A stretch of 63,447 nt of DNA, counting the filler, from Choristocarpus tenellus KU-1152 (taxonomy: Eukaryota > Protista > Phaeophyceae): NCBI GenBank assembly GCA_964200185.2. It is 11 parts of 11 records of this genome, joined end to end, with 100 filler letters (N's around TTAATTAATTAA, not from the genome) between each part and the next. Parts side by side here need not be neighbours in the genome. Positions count along the whole stretch, not along the records: positions 23,104 to 31,439 come from CAXNAD020004843.1; positions 31,540 to 34,491 come from CAXNAD020023417.1; positions 34,592 to 41,174 come from CAXNAD020007815.1; positions 41,275 to 44,776 come from CAXNAD020019593.1; positions 44,877 to 50,922 come from CAXNAD020009077.1; 6 more parts are not named here. One strand, given 5' to 3'. Below, one piece after another: positions 31,414-45,116 of the stretch. Position numbers and translations under genes: made by a program. The stretch's first letter is position 1; every line of letters starts with the position of its first letter. Under the pieces are notes generated by a model. The model had not been told where the DNA came from. It did no database searches and worked only from the letters and a program-made list of their open reading frames with translations.

Positions 31414-31662
31414 AATGCTGCCAACTCAGTAATGCTTACNNNNNNNNNNNNNNNNNNNNNNNNNNNNNNNNNNNNNNNNNNNNTTAATTAATTAANNNNN
31501 NNNNNNNNNNNNNNNNNNNNNNNNNNNNNNNNNNNNNNNTTTTTTCCTTTGGGTGTTTCTACCCCCCCCCTAGACAGCCACCCAACCAAACCACCTCCAA
31601 AAAGCCCCCCCCCCCCCCCCCCCCCGGCCTACCCCTCACTGCCTCCTTTCCCCTCCTCTCAC

Positions 31663-33244
31663 CCTTCGGCGGTCAGATGGTTGCCACACGGCCTCATTCA
31701 CCCTTGCTTGCGCTTGCAGGGACTCCTTTTCCTTGAGCATCTGAAGAGCCATCTCTTCCAACTGAATTTCCACAGACTGCATCTCCAACATCTGGCCGCC
31801 ACGCAGGCACCATCACGTCACATAAATCACGAGGTGAGATAGGTGGTGGGGACACAAATCACGGGGTATGCACAGGCAGTGTACCAGTGAGGCATGTGCT
31901 GTGGCAGGGCTTCAGGGGGCAGAATCAGCACCAAAGCGTGTGAACATGATACAGATGTGGGCATTACAGTGAGAAAAAGACCAAATTATCTTTTTTGGCA
32001 AATAAACACATCGTAACATCATGCCGCTCTGCCAATCTTCAGCTTCTCAGTCCCAAAGAAATCGGAAATTTCCTAGAACATTCAGCAGCTGTCCAAAACA
32101 AAAAAGACCCCCTATTTAAACAACGCAGGCGGGGAGGTAGGCAGCAGGCTGATGAGATTTTGAGCTGCAGTGCTCAGGGAACCCCCCCCCCTCCCCCCGC
32201 ACAACAAACCTGCAGGCAAGTTTGTTTTTTTGTTGTGGTGGAAGCAATTATGGGAAGGGGAAGGGGAAGGGGAAGGGGGGGAGGCTAGAGGGGGAAATAT
32301 TTCTTTTTCTCTTTTCTTTTTATTACTGTGCACCCGTGTGCCCGTCTCGCAAACCCAAGAGAACTAAGCACACCTTCCAATCGATTGTTTCACATGGATG
32401 TACATAGGCACATGTTTGTGCGAGAAAGTATTCCGTTGGAAGTAGATTGCGTTGCTGTAATAAAAATCGGTATATATATACAGCTCAACAGAGAAAGATT
32501 GCCTGGGTCGTAACTCTAGTGCTCATCAGAGTCGTGCTCTGAGTGCAGCACATGACGGCCTAACATCCTTTCCTAACAACAATATTTCAATGCAAAACCC
32601 CCCCCCTCCAAATTTAATGGGCCTTGAAATATTTGGAAAAATCGGATACTTTGGAACTTTTTGGTTGAAATTGCTATCGTTAGAAAAGGGCCTAGGGATC
32701 CTTTCAGTCAAATACTCCTCAGCCCCCTATGCACTCCATCTCAGGTCCACTATAGTACCACCTTGATATATGGCCATTGTAACATATGGATATTCCTATC
32801 CCTACCCCCTCCCCTCTCTGTAGACCCAGGACCAAGAGCACTGAAAGGTGCTGTATCTTGTGGAAACATCGACAAAAGCATTTGAGTTCTTGGCTCCATC
32901 AGACAGTAGGAGCTCATTATTAAAATAGATAGCAAAAGGGTTAGGATAAGGTTTAGTGCCAACGATCTCAAGCTCCAAACCCAATAGTGGATGAAACCTT
33001 CAAGTCATGTCACATGGGGGTACAGAGCGTCTACTGTACAACTCCAATCCTTCTCTCTAACAACTCCTTGTACTCTCATAGACCAATTCCATACAAAAAT
33101 TAACACTAAAAATGAAAAATTCTACAGGCTCACCACCGGCCAATCCTCTGGCAGCTGCTTTGGCTTGTCAATCCCTCCCAGCAAAGCTCCCCCACCCACC
33201 TCCTCCTCATGTGGATTCTGCCCGTTGATGCGGTCCCAAAGTTC
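31663..33244 (-). CDS. Two internal exons of an unidentified coiled-coil-containing protein (33244-33134, 31791-31663)
   Basis: Both are CAG|...|GTGAG bounded with lengths 111 and 129 nt (phase 0): ELWDRINGQNPHEEEVGGGALLGGIDKPKQLPEDWPV-MLEMQSVEIQLEEMALQMLKEKESLQAQARVNEAVWQPSDRRR. Confidence 0.6.
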
Positions 33245-34591
33245 CTGAACCCAGAACACACACACACACACACACATATTACATATTACACCATCAGTGA
33301 TTCAGCCCATTACATAAAACACATTAAAAAAAACTTGACTCCATACTGTAGAAGTAGAGCCTCTCAGAGTACCATAGCCGTAACCCTAGAAAGAAAGTCA
33401 TGCTTCACTACCAGACAGCGGCACTGAGGTACAAGCGCTTACACACATTCACATCCAAACAACACCTGCACACGGAACACACATAAACAGAGAGGGAGAA
33501 CAAGCAAGTAATTCGTATACCACGCAGATAATAAGTCCCATGTTTGGTAAACAGTACGTCCCTTCACCTAAAGAGATTGTGAAGAAACACCTCTTTCTTC
33601 AAAGTACCAAAGTAACGGTACCCATACCCTATGTTGTTGCACCTACACACATAAAGAGCATCTTGTTTGAAGCAATGAAACAGGAATACCTTTCACCTGA
33701 ACTGTCACGGGTATGCCCCATAGGAGTATCTACTTCAAATAACTTTAACAGGAGTACCTATATACTATATTGTCACCCCTATGCCTTAATAGTACCCTGA
33801 GTATAATCTCTCTTCAAAGCACAAGAGGAGCATCTATACCCTATATCGCCACATCATGCGTATTTATCAGCATGCACCACCAGGCAAGTAGGATGAGAAG
33901 AGCTATCACCCTGGAAGGGTTGGTAAGAACCATACCGTGCAAATTACCCCACACAACAAACTGCATTTACCATTTTACCCCGCGCACAGTACTGGAATTA
34001 TCACAGTCCCCCCCTCCCCCAAACAAAATAATATAGTTACTACTTCAATGGTACACTGGCATCTCAATATCTTCACAAAGCCTACACAAAATTCATTGAA
34101 AAAATAAATTGTGTTCTTCTGAAGACATCCACAAAGGGTGAGATGGAAATATATGAGTGGGGAGGGGGGAGGAGAGCAACAATCTGTATGCCCTAACCCC
34201 AAATACTTCATCAAACAAAGCCTGCACATTACTACAACATACCCTCTCCCTGCACAATAGACCGTCATCACAAAATACCCCAGGTCACTAAAATATTGAA
34301 ACAAAGACGAAAGGAACCAAGGACACCACTGACACCTGCTACCTTACACCAAACACACATCAACTATCACTGCAGTCTTCCCCATCCCCCTACCACTGGG
34401 GAGGAGACAAAATGCCAAGTTGCAGTGAATACCAGGCAAATAATGATATACATAGCAGGAATGAGTCAGTGGAGGTGTGGGGGGCAGGGGGNNNNNNNNN
34501 NNNNNNNNNNNNNNNNNNNNNNNNNNNNNNNNNNNTTAATTAATTAANNNNNNNNNNNNNNNNNNNNNNNNNNNNNNNNNNNNNNNNNNNN

Positions 34592-34730
34592 CAAAAATCG
34601 CGACATGAAAAAATTGACCCCAAATGGACAGCCGCCACCCCCTCCCAGATACTTTGAGCCAAAAGCCGTGGGAAGCCAAGCCCCGAACGAACAATGGGGC
34701 AAAACTCCTACCCTTTTAATGCTTTGGGTC
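34592..34730 (+). mobile_element. Right end of MITE family B (34592-34660) directly followed by the right part of a family-A-like element (34661-34730)
   Basis: 34592-34660 matches 45050-45116. 34661-34730 matches CCGTGGGAAGCCAAGCCCC...GGGCAAAACTC.TACCC of family A. Confidence 0.7.
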
Positions 34731-35299
34731 AAGGTGGGAAGACTCATGAATCGAGGTGGCAAGGTCTTTAAAACATTGAGGTACCACGTTTGGCTGTGGC
34801 ATACAGTGGTGCAACTGTCTTCCCTAGTCAAACAGCAGTATCTCAATACTCGGGAGTTCTTCAATAATCAGATACTGGGAAACTAACCCCACGTAATCTT
34901 TGGGCCATCACCCCACTAGGCGCGATTTCTCCCGAAAAAGATATCTCAAAGTTCATGTTTCCCCTTGAGTCCTTTCCTGGACCCCTCTATTACTCTATAT
35001 TTAGCCTCCCACTGTAATGTGTTGGGAAAGCAGCCGGGCAGGATTTGGTCCCTCGGGCTCTGATTTTGTAAAATAATAGTATTGCAATATTTGACATGAA
35101 TGAACTCAACATGCGAGAACCACTCACAAACACGAGGAAGTGCAATTTGAAATGTAGTTGTCATTTGCAGCATGCTGTGCCTCTAGCTGCAGTTGGGCTG
35201 GCCCTCAGGCTAAGGTGACAATTAAAAGAATTAGGTGGTGCATATTTGTATCTATTATCACACAATCCTCCCTTCCCATCTATGTACCTGTACTTCAAT

Positions 35300-36050
35300 C
35301 ATTTTGCCAAACATTATTGAGATGATGGTTAGCCCAGAAGGTAATTTGTTTGATTTTATGGTATCTGGCAGGTCAAAGGTATGCACATACCCCACAGTTA
35401 TACCTGTACGCTTAGCCAGGCTGTTTGTTTTTACACACAGGTATTGACCCCCCTAGAATAGCTCACCCTGCTACCCAGGCACAGTCTCCCTTTGCCCCTT
35501 CCGTCCTAGTACTGCTGGAGCTTGCCCTGCTCTTTACCTCCAGGAACAGCTCACAGAGTCCCCTACTGGTATCCATGCGCAGTTCTTTATGTCTGAGAGG
35601 CCTCCAATAACCCATCCTGTCATAGAAGCTGGCAGTAGCCTACTGCCATTGTTGCAAATGAGATGTAAGAGTACCTAACAGGACTATCACCCAACAGGAT
35701 GGTTGCAATCCCTGAACTGCATCCCTTTCACCTTATCGAATTCAGGAGGGAGCCCATGTCATTGCTGCTAATGGTGCCAATATATCGATGAAGTTGAGAG
35801 GTGTTTTTGGCTGAGGTTGTATCAACTGGTAAATAAAAAGTAATAGAAACCTTCAACAAACCCTCATCAAGTGCATAAACCACCACCCTGAGGTGCTAGG
35901 AACGGATTATTGATGTTTGCAAATTCGTCTGGTACTCTGCATCAGCTATTGTACCAACATATCCTATTTATTTGACTAAAATGGGTTCTATTGTTGCATA
36001 CTCAGCCATTTACTTTCTTGGGGAGAGTACATACGCTCTCTCCATCTAAA
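35300..36050 (-). mobile_element. Possible very old piggyBac-like transposase remnant
   Basis: Scattered minus-strand motifs FTS...YIGTISSN/HGLP at ~35750-35850 resemble DNxFTS...GTIRxNRxGLP. Heavily decayed. Confidence 0.25.
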
Positions 36051-36873
36051 AAGTATTTCCACAAACATTCACAAGAGCGTGCATCTATACACTTGCTAAA
36101 GTGGTAAGTATTTCAGTCAGCCACCATCGACCATTTAACATACACTGATTATTAATTAATTGATCTTTTGTCTTGGCCATTGTCTGACACACAAATGAAG
36201 TCTAACCCTCATCATACCACTATGTATGATGCTACTATGTATTTTACCGAAAATTACAAAAACGTACACAAAACTGTCATACCGTTATATGCAATTAGTA
36301 CACAAAATATGAGCACAACACTAGATATTGCGACATCATATCTCCCTTTGCCTACACAACCTTTACCATATCGAAATTAGATGGGGCTCATGTTACACTT
36401 TTCCAACATGGCAGGAGTTTCAGAGTTGATTGGAGTTGCAAACCAGGGGAAAGTAGCAAACTAAGCACTACCACTGTACCTGTTTGAACAGTGATGATCA
36501 TTTGTGCTTCCACTACACCAGCATAATCACCCTTGCTGCACTACACATCAGTGTACAAAGAACTACACAGTTCTAGATAAGCTGTAGGTCATGTGGGCAT
36601 CTTCCAATCTTCTAACACACACACCCCCCCCTATTTTTTTTGTTATTTGTTATTTGATCAAGAAACCATGCAACTACAAACTGTGGCATGCATGTAAGAC
36701 ATATCAATGTTTCACTGACAAGTCAAGCCAAGAATGACAGGTTAGATTGGTAAATGACAAACGCCTTCGATTGTTCAGAAGTTATTTTTGTGTCGTGCCT
36801 TCTACCTACCCCTAAATTTGGGTCATTTGCTCCGTGAACAGTGCACACCAACCCCAGCTTTTTACTCTACAAA

Positions 36874-37121
36874 GAGTGAAAGTATCTTAGAGGGTACGAG
36901 GTTTGCCCTGCTTGTCCTTTTGGGGCTTGGCTTCCCATGGGTTTTTTTCCTGCTCCAAAATGCTTTGGAGTAGGTAAAATGCATAACTTATGAAAAGGTG
37001 TGTCCAGAACACGGATATTGACACTTCCTAACAAACATGATAGCCAGAATTACATCAAATCGCAATATAGGTTTTTGGACCCCAAATGGACGCGGCTCTA
37101 CCCTCTGAGATACTTTGAATC
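36874..37121 (-). mobile_element. MITE family A copy (reverse orientation)
   Basis: GAGTGAAAGTATCTTAGAGGGTA ... TACCCTCTGAGATACTTTGAATC with a small internal deletion. The TSD is ambiguous (CAAA on both sides if one terminal base is lost). Confidence 0.88.
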
Positions 37122-37904
37122 AAAGTGAAACAATCCAAGATGGAAGTACATTTCAACCCTTTGAGTTCCAAGACCTTGAGAAATGTGCAATACTATATGG
37201 TACTCCAGAGTTTACACCAAATCCATGTCTAATATGTGCTTAACCCCCCCTTAGGAGAGCTTGACTGTAGAGAAGATTAGTACGGACACAATGTCAGTAA
37301 CAAGTGCCCTCCACAGTTCTTAAAACATGTGTACCACAAGACAGTAATAGGGCCCTTAACAATCAACACCACCCTCCTCTTTGATGGTATCGCTCACATT
37401 CTTGGCAAAAACATGTCAACAGGGAAAAGTATAGTGTGGGCTGGGAGCTTCATAGAATATCATTGCTCATGTTTGTGTCATATAGTAGCCTACTCCAACA
37501 ACCAGGACAACCTCCATTAGCATACATCATTGTTCAACGATCATGGTGCCACTAGAAATTTAACGGCAAGTGGAATCCCCTTCACTACTAAAAAACTTTC
37601 AATACACACTTGTACAACTCTCTCCCCACTCCTCCTTGAGCCATGCATAGTAACTCACTAGAGGGACACAGCTCCTATTGACAAGATTAGTCCTCAGTTT
37701 CACATTTTTCCCCAAACAAAAAAAGAGCAGCTGACTTGCACACACCCGCACGCACGCGCGCGCGCGCACACACACACATACACACCTGAAAAAAAAACAG
37801 CACCAGCTCTATTGACCAAACCTCATTTTTGCTTTGCCTATTCATGCCGATATTCTTATCTCAAATACTGCTCATGTGTGGTGCGTCCTCTCTTCAGTTC
37901 AAGC

Positions 37905-39546
37905 CTACCAACCATCATCTGCTGCCTCCTTGGCCTTTTCCACAGCTGCCTTTGTCATAGCCTCGGCTTCCTCCTCCGACTAATTACCAACACAAGCAAA
38001 ACACACATATTGAAGGGGATGTATGAGATGGACTGCAGCGATCAAGAACTCTTGACTATGTAACATGGATGAAAGAGCAAGTGACACACCAAAGCTCAGC
38101 ACCCACACCATCTTCCTTCAACTATTTCTTCCAGGTTCTAACTGAGTTTGGACAAGAATGACTACATTCTTCCATCTTGCAGGCCCAGTACAAAGTAAAA
38201 TAGTACCACTGCTCACCTTGCCCCAATCTTGCCCCCCTCCACACTTCTGTTTTGACCTACTGTGCGTTCAAACACTTGTGGTCCTAGATTTCAACTTGTC
38301 AGGGTCTTTCTTGTGTACTCGAACATAGGACTAAACAAGCACTTCTCACCAGGTCTTGTGACACACCTTGATGGGACAGGTTTACTCGGCTTGAGAAATC
38401 TTAAGCAACTACAGACACAGTACACTTACTTGCAATACTGTGTATTGACAATTCAATCGCTGAGGTTTTTCAGACAAGAACCCAGGCGTATCCAATCTCC
38501 ACCAAGAACACACAACTTTCCATATAGCATCTGACCCTATTTCAGTGTACCGCTAGTGTCATAGCAGGCATGTTGTAACCAGAGACAAACAATAACACTA
38601 CTACTGCCCTGGTTTGATGGAAGACATTAAACATGTATATCTCCTCATACCTCAAGTTTGAGGGGACTCTGTAAAACACTTACCAATAGATGAACAGACA
38701 TCCAAAGTGAAATTGAGCCAGGAGGAACTCAACTAACAGCACAATGAGCGCACATCAGGGATAACCTCAACTATGAATTCACCATAAAAATCTGTTTCTA
38801 TAAAAAGAAAAATTCCACATATAAGTAGCAGTGCATGGAAAACCCCTCCAGGTTAAACAGACACAGTTATCTGGCCTATTTTTGAAGCAAAACGTCATGG
38901 TACCCTATTCGGCGTCCTAGTCCTTGGGTAAACCGAGATACAAATAGACCCAAACCATCCTACTCTTCAATAACATTCCATGACATATTTGGAGCAATTC
39001 ACAGCACCTGCACCACACAGCAAAACACAGTTGGAGAACCAGCCATCTGCGGCCTTTTTTCTTATCACCTGATTCTTGCGCAGGGCCTGACGCATGCGCT
39101 CACGAACATCATCAACATCTTTGACCTCCTCAAGTACATCATCCTCCATAAATTGGGCAGAAAACTTATTTTGCATCTGTCAAGGGGTAATAAAAAAAGA
39201 AAGGGCCCATTAAGATGGTGTTGCCCAGGTCCAGAGTAGGATATAGGCAACAGATGGTTTATGGATGAATTTGCTACCATGTAAGGTTGTCAGTTGTGGG
39301 GTTGGTGAAGTTGAAGTTGACGCGAATACGAGAGTGGGGATGGATGAGGAGAATAACCAGATTTTTCTTATGTACTACAAAGGTACAAGACAACACTCCT
39401 TGACGAGCTCAAGGTGTTTTCACATGGTATTGAGGAAGCTTCCAACACATTGTCGTCCACTTCACTTCCACAGGACACAAATCTTGACCTCATTCCCTTA
39501 CTGAGCCTTTCATTTCAAGTGCATCGCCCAGCAATAGCCCATGAAG

Positions 39547-39594
<48 letters not shown>

Positions 39595-40089
39595 GTAAAT
39601 CAGGGTGTGTGGTGCAGGGGCTGCTTCGTAGCTTAATAACCGAAACACGGATCGTGCCCAACCTGAAACAAAGATGTCTTGCATTCAAGACCCCGCTGAC
39701 CTCACCACTGTACTTCAAGAAATCAATTCTTTTACTTGGTGGAAGACAAGAGCGCTTACATTATCTGAGAGTCCCCCGCGCTCTACAGTGCGTTTTCCCT
39801 GGTTCTCGGTGAATGCTACCAGTCCAGCACCAAGAAGCAAGCCTCCCACTGCTGCCACGCCACCAATAATCAACGAGTTATCTATTTCCATCTGCAGACC
39901 TACGGATGTTTTCCCGAAAGGCAAAGCCACGGTAGTGGCACCTGTAGTTCTGTCTGCCCAGGGTGATCTCACTGTCCGGGCAGGACGTGCTGCTGCCCTG
40001 CTGTGGAGAGGCAAACCAGGGAAGAAAGCAGAGATGCAAGGAAGAAAAGCTGCGGCGATTGCCGCTATGAAGACGCCAGAGTATCGCAT
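37905..40089 (-). CDS. Complete 170-aa plastid-targeted single-pass membrane protein of unknown function. Exons 40089-39760, 39176-39069, 37979-37905
   Basis: Signal peptide with ASAFAP-type cleavage motif (CISA-FFP), Arg/Ala/Thr-rich transit peptide, TM helix IIGGVAAVGGLLLGAGLVAF and an acidic C-terminus ending ADDGW*. Both introns are GT-AG phase 0. Confidence 0.88.
38260..38400 (-). mobile_element. Small Copia remnant in intron
   Basis: Minus strand SYVRVHKKDPDKLKSRT resembles the Copia post-integrase AYVHV...KL..R motif. Confidence 0.35.
39549..39588. repeat. (AT)n microsatellite
   Basis: About 20 AT units in intron 1 of the plastid-protein gene. Confidence 0.95.
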
Positions 40090-41113
40090 GATGATTCTGT
40101 CGTCAAGCGGTCCAGGAAGGTTGTTTATGTCCTACGCCCGAAGGTCCTGGAAGATAAATTTGAGAGGGTTGTGTTTGGACCAAAGGAGGCATCCTCACCC
40201 TCGACAAAGAGCAAATTCAAACAACTCCAGCAATGCTGCACCTGCAGCTCACGAAAATCATCTACACTGAGCAGCGAAATAGAATTAAGACCAACGAATG
40301 CATGTAAAAGAGCCGCCTGGGAAGAGAGGCTGGTTGTAGTCTCACACCACCAAACCAAGATGAATAGTCCTTCGTCTAAAAGTATACATGGAATGTGTCA
40401 AAATTGAAAGAACTTATAACAGCAATAGAAACTTGACACCAAGTTTGAAAGAAAGTTAAAATTCGGTAAGGTATAACCAGTATGGTCGCACCTTTTCAGC
40501 ACCGTGCTAGTTGTTAGGGTGTAAAGGTTGATGTATTCACAACATCACACTTGATCATGTTGTTGTAAGAGATTACCTCGTCAGAAACGCACGATTTTTT
40601 TGCTCTCGCGCAGAAATCGCGCACAAACATACTTACAAAATGAATGTAACTTTTTAAACAGTAGTACTTCCACGAGGGATGTTTCGACCTTCTTCGTTCA
40701 ATTAAAATTCTCACCACTTTCTTGATAAAAGGTTCAACCTTGTAGGCATACAACAGTTTCTGAATGAGGTGGCGATTGATTTTGTGGGGGTTAGAGGGGT
40801 TGAGGGCCGTAGTCAGAAGGGAGCAGTGAAGGCACGTCTGTGACAGGTCGTGTTATTAACTGCTCAAAGTCGCAATCTCGAGACGTCACATGCACCATAT
40901 ACTGGAGACATTGCGTTGGTGGGCTAGGAGAAGCTTGACTAACTCAGGGGATTTTTTTGGTGGTTCTCCTTCGTTCAGTCAGGTCGAGGAGTTGTAAATA
41001 TTATTCTAGTTGTTTAGTTACCACTTTCTTGTATTCTTGTTTTCAACACTTCTTGGTTTTCTATTGTTATTGAGTTTATTGTGTTCTTCACGTTGTGTTT
41101 CTTTACACACAAG

Positions 41114-41174
41114 TGTGGAAAGCATGTTTGTCTGTTATTATACCGTATTGCTCGTATGCCATATACCGTTATAC
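41114..41174 (+). repeat. Second copy of the TGTGGAAAGCATG repeat (probable LTR 5' end)
   Basis: Near-identical to 2684-2749 and ends at a contig break. Confidence 0.6.
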
Positions 41175-41274
41175 NNNNNNNNNNNNNNNNNNNNNNNNNN
41201 NNNNNNNNNNNNNNNNNNTTAATTAATTAANNNNNNNNNNNNNNNNNNNNNNNNNNNNNNNNNNNNNNNNNNNN

Positions 41275-44200
41275 ATCTGGGATGTAATGTAATCTGCCAG
41301 GCTTATGAAGGACGGTAAAATCAAAACTTTGCAAAGCTAAGGCCCATTGAGTTAACAGATTGGACGTATCTTGTATCGTGTGCAGCCACTGTAAGGCTGA
41401 GTGATCAGTAATAACTGTAAAATGTTTACCCCAAAAATATGGTCTCCAATGTTGGTGTTGGATTGTCAGAATAACTGCAAGGCACTCTTTTTGTGTGGCA
41501 GAATATTTACGTTGGGAGGGTGAAAGTAAGGCACTATGATATGCAATTATATCCAAATTTTCATCATTTTTATGAGCTAAAAACGCCCCTGTCCCAAAAT
41601 TACTGGCATCTACATGAATAAAAAATTAGAAAAATCAGGAAAGTGTAGCACTGGAGCCTTAGATAAAAGTCGTTTGCATTCGTCAAAAGCAGTCTGCTGT
41701 GGTCGATTCCATCTAGATGAGATATCCTTGTGGTCAGTCTTTGCTCGTTTTACTGAGGTGGTCTCTTTGTGTGAATTTCCTTTCTGTGTATGGCGAATCA
41801 ATCCAACCAACGATTCTGTTGCTGTTGCTAGGTGGGGAATATACTTCCTAACAAAGTTCATCAAACCTAAAAACGATTGTAAGCCTTTCACAGTTTGAGG
41901 AGGATGCATATCTAATATAGCTTCAACACGAGCTTGGGATACAGCAATTCCTTGTGGGCTAACATCATGTTCCAAATAATGGCTTTGTTTTGAGCCAAAT
42001 TGAGCCTTGGATGGCTTTAACGTAATCCCTATATCTTGTAATATTGACAAAACTGCAGTGATCAATTGTTTATGGTGTGTCCACGATGGAGAGGCCAAAA
42101 CAATATCGTCTAAACATACCAACAACCCTGAGCTAGGACCGATAATGGAAAAGGTTTCAGACATAAAGCGTTGGAAGATCCACGGTGCATTTTGTATCCA
42201 AATGGTAACCTCTGAAACTCATATTTCCCATCCGGTGTTAGGAATGCAGTTTTTGTCGTTCGCATACATCAGTGATCGGTAGTTGCCAGTAGGCTGATTG
42301 AATATCTAAACAAGATATATATTTTGAACCTCCCAACGTGGATAAACTCTCATCCATGGATGGTAAAGGCCATGAATTACGTATCAAATGTTTATTTATG
42401 GTTCCTCTAAAATCTACACAGAATCGAGGTGATCCATCAGGTTTGACAACAATGGTAACGGGGGATGCCCATGGGCTAGATGATGGTTTTATAATACCCT
42501 GTTTCTCTGTATCAGTTATGCATTGTCGAATAGTGTCGCGTATTTTTGGTGCCGCGCGATACGGTGGTCTACTAACCGGTTTATTGTCTGGTTATAGTGG
42601 AAAGTCAACAGAAGTAGTGGTGCAGCAACCTAATTCTCTTTCGGACAATGAAAAGACTGGTCTGAATTTAGTCACTACATCTAGTAATTCCTCTTGTTCA
42701 GACAGTGTCAGTTGAGTATTTGTAAAGGCCTTCTTAGAAAAAAACAACTTCAATTCCTCCCTAGCTTGTTTCAGTTCTTCGGGGGTAGATGGTGTGGGTG
42801 CAACTGCACTTACTGTGGTATCTGACAGGGCATATGTTTTTGAAACAGGGGAATCATGACCAACTGCAATTTTTGCTGGTAACTTGATCCCTTTTTCTGA
42901 CAGATTGGCAATTTTGACTAGACATCCTCCCTCTTCTTCCCAAGCAGAGAGGGTTCGACTGACCATTATGTGTGATGCCAGTGGGGATGTATGTCGTCCT
43001 CATGCTGGAGGTCTGTGCCAGTGTAAATGATAGGTTCCACCACTGCATCGGTAGCTGTTCCTCGAAGTGCCTGAGAACAAACTGGAACAAGCGTTTCCGT
43101 GCCAGGGGGAATATCTTTTTTACTGAGTGCACTGGTGTAGTAAATTTAGATGTGATTACTGAAATTGAAAAATGAGATGCATTTCTAGTCTGGCAAATTT
43201 TTTTTGGGGGGAAACAGATGGGAAGGGGTAGAATTTTTTGTTTTGTTGGGATGAATTGATCACTGTCTTTAAACGACATCTCCTCTCTATCCCAATCTAG
43301 CACTGCCCCAAATGCCGACATAATGCTGTTATCCAACAAAAAATTTATCTACTCCCAGATTAGTTAAAGGTTCATTTTCAACATGCCCAGGAATTCTTAC
43401 GTGGCGAGATGAAACATTTAGCACGCGAGGGGAATTAGAATAGTGTTGGATTGCTGATTTGTGCCAACAGTATGAAAAAGAGAACATATTTGAGGTGTAA
43501 TAGAAATATCACCCATGCCCAAAAAAGGTTGTGGGGAAAAGAAAGAGCAGATGAAACAGTTGTTGCATGTCCTGCTTGTGGTAACTTTTGGTGTGCTGAC
43601 CTTGAATGTTCAAAGTGTTTGGGTCTTATTTGCTCTCTCCCACATCTGAGTCTGCCCAAAACACCAAGTCCCTAGTTTTCTTTGACTTCCTAACCCTATA
43701 GATTCTGGGGAAACAGAATGAGCAGGGCATCTCTATATTCTCTCATTTCTCACTCCCTCTCTTCCTGTGGTTCTATGTTACCCTGCAGGGATTCATTGGA
43801 GGAATAACAGAGATTTCTGACAGGCAGTACTTGTTTTGATCACCAATAAAAGCCGACAAATTGAACTCTTTTTGTGGTTGTTGTAGATACACATGAGGGA
43901 AAGGTTTAACCCATTTTTGAAATTTGGCAACAGGGAAATAGGACAAAGCCTGTGCCCCAGAACTCATGTGGTAAGTCTTTGTGAGAAGATGTATCATGAT
44001 CAAGGGATCAAGTACCTAGCCCGAGTGAATATGGTCGAGGTAGGGTGGGACCATATCCATCTTCATATTTAAATTTTGCATGGCCGCTGCCACCAAACCT
44101 TGGTCATGTGGAGTCCCCTCCATCGCCTCATCGACAATCTTGGCGTAAACGAGTAGGCGGTTCGTGTGCGTCTGGATATCGAACGTCGCCACCGCACTGT

Positions 44201-44776
44201 GTTCGCCTTTTTCCTCGTGATCTTCTGTCAACACGCTGAACCGGTTCAGGTCCGAATTACGGGCATGGCCTTCCCTCAGCCTCTGCTCCGCTATCCCTTC
44301 CTGCTCTAGCGAGCCACCAGGGGTGCCTTTGTCTATTAATGTAGACGCGGGAATCGGTCGAGGTTGGGCATTGATGTACCCCCCTCATTACCTCCATCAG
44401 TTGTTGTGCTTAAGGTTGCCTTCTTTCTTTTCCTTGTAGCCGACTTCTCCTTGCTGTTGGCATTAGATGTGGCAGTAGGTGTGGAAGTGGTAATGTCAGA
44501 CAAAATGTGGCGTGAGTTAGGCTCCCTTGAATACTAGGCGTGAGTACCACTGTGGAAGTGTCAAAGATGCCAAGTTCTCTGCTCAAGGGGGACGATCACC
44601 GGAGTGAACTCTTCCACCTCAGAGGGTGAGACCGAGGATCAATGATCTTGGCCCAACATCTCAAAGTCTGTTGAGGAAATCCAGCACGTAACAAAAACCT
44701 CAAAACACAACAGATTTTCCCGATTGACTGAGCAATGTCGCAGCAAAGAAATGGATCAGTCAGAATCGGAATGGTT
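41275..44776 (-). mobile_element. Degenerate Ty3/Gypsy LTR retrotransposon (gag-protease-RT-RNase H)
   Basis: Minus strand: protease-like LDNSIMSAFGAVLDW (~43330), RT SPWASPVTIVVKPDGSPRFCVDFR (~42410-42480) and LVCLDDIV, LQSFLGLMNFVRKYIP, RNase H YSATQKECLAVI...HFTVITDHSALQWL. Multiple frameshifts. The gag assignment for 43400-44776 is positional. Confidence 0.92.
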
Positions 44777-44935
44777 NNNNNNNNNNNNNNNNNNNNNNNN
44801 NNNNNNNNNNNNNNNNNNNNTTAATTAATTAANNNNNNNNNNNNNNNNNNNNNNNNNNNNNNNNNNNNNNNNNNNNCATCCTATTTTCTTGGGTGCCTGG
44901 GTTTCAGGTGTGTTCTTTTCCGTTTTTTGTCCCCC

Positions 44936-45116
44936 ACCCCCAAATTATGTGGGGGGGGGGGGGGAGGTCAACACCAGGGTGTCCATTTGGACCATAACTA
45001 GTAAAAGTGCACTTACATTATCCATCCGACGTATGCAACCCAACCACACAAAATCGCTACATGAAAAAATTGGCCCCAACTGGACACCCGCCACCCCCTC
45101 CCAGATACTTTGGGTC
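44936..45116 (+). mobile_element. MITE family B, near-complete ~180-bp copy
   Basis: Left end CCCAAATTATGTGGGGG...GTCCATTTGG and right end CCCCAACTGGAC...CCTCCCAGATACTTTGGGTC. Shares terminal and subterminal motifs with family A. Confidence 0.7.

Noticed and set aside
39674-40270. 198-aa plus-strand ORF (longest in the track)
   Set aside because: It is the antisense shadow of exon 1 of the plastid-targeted gene, which has clear targeting and splice signals on the minus strand.
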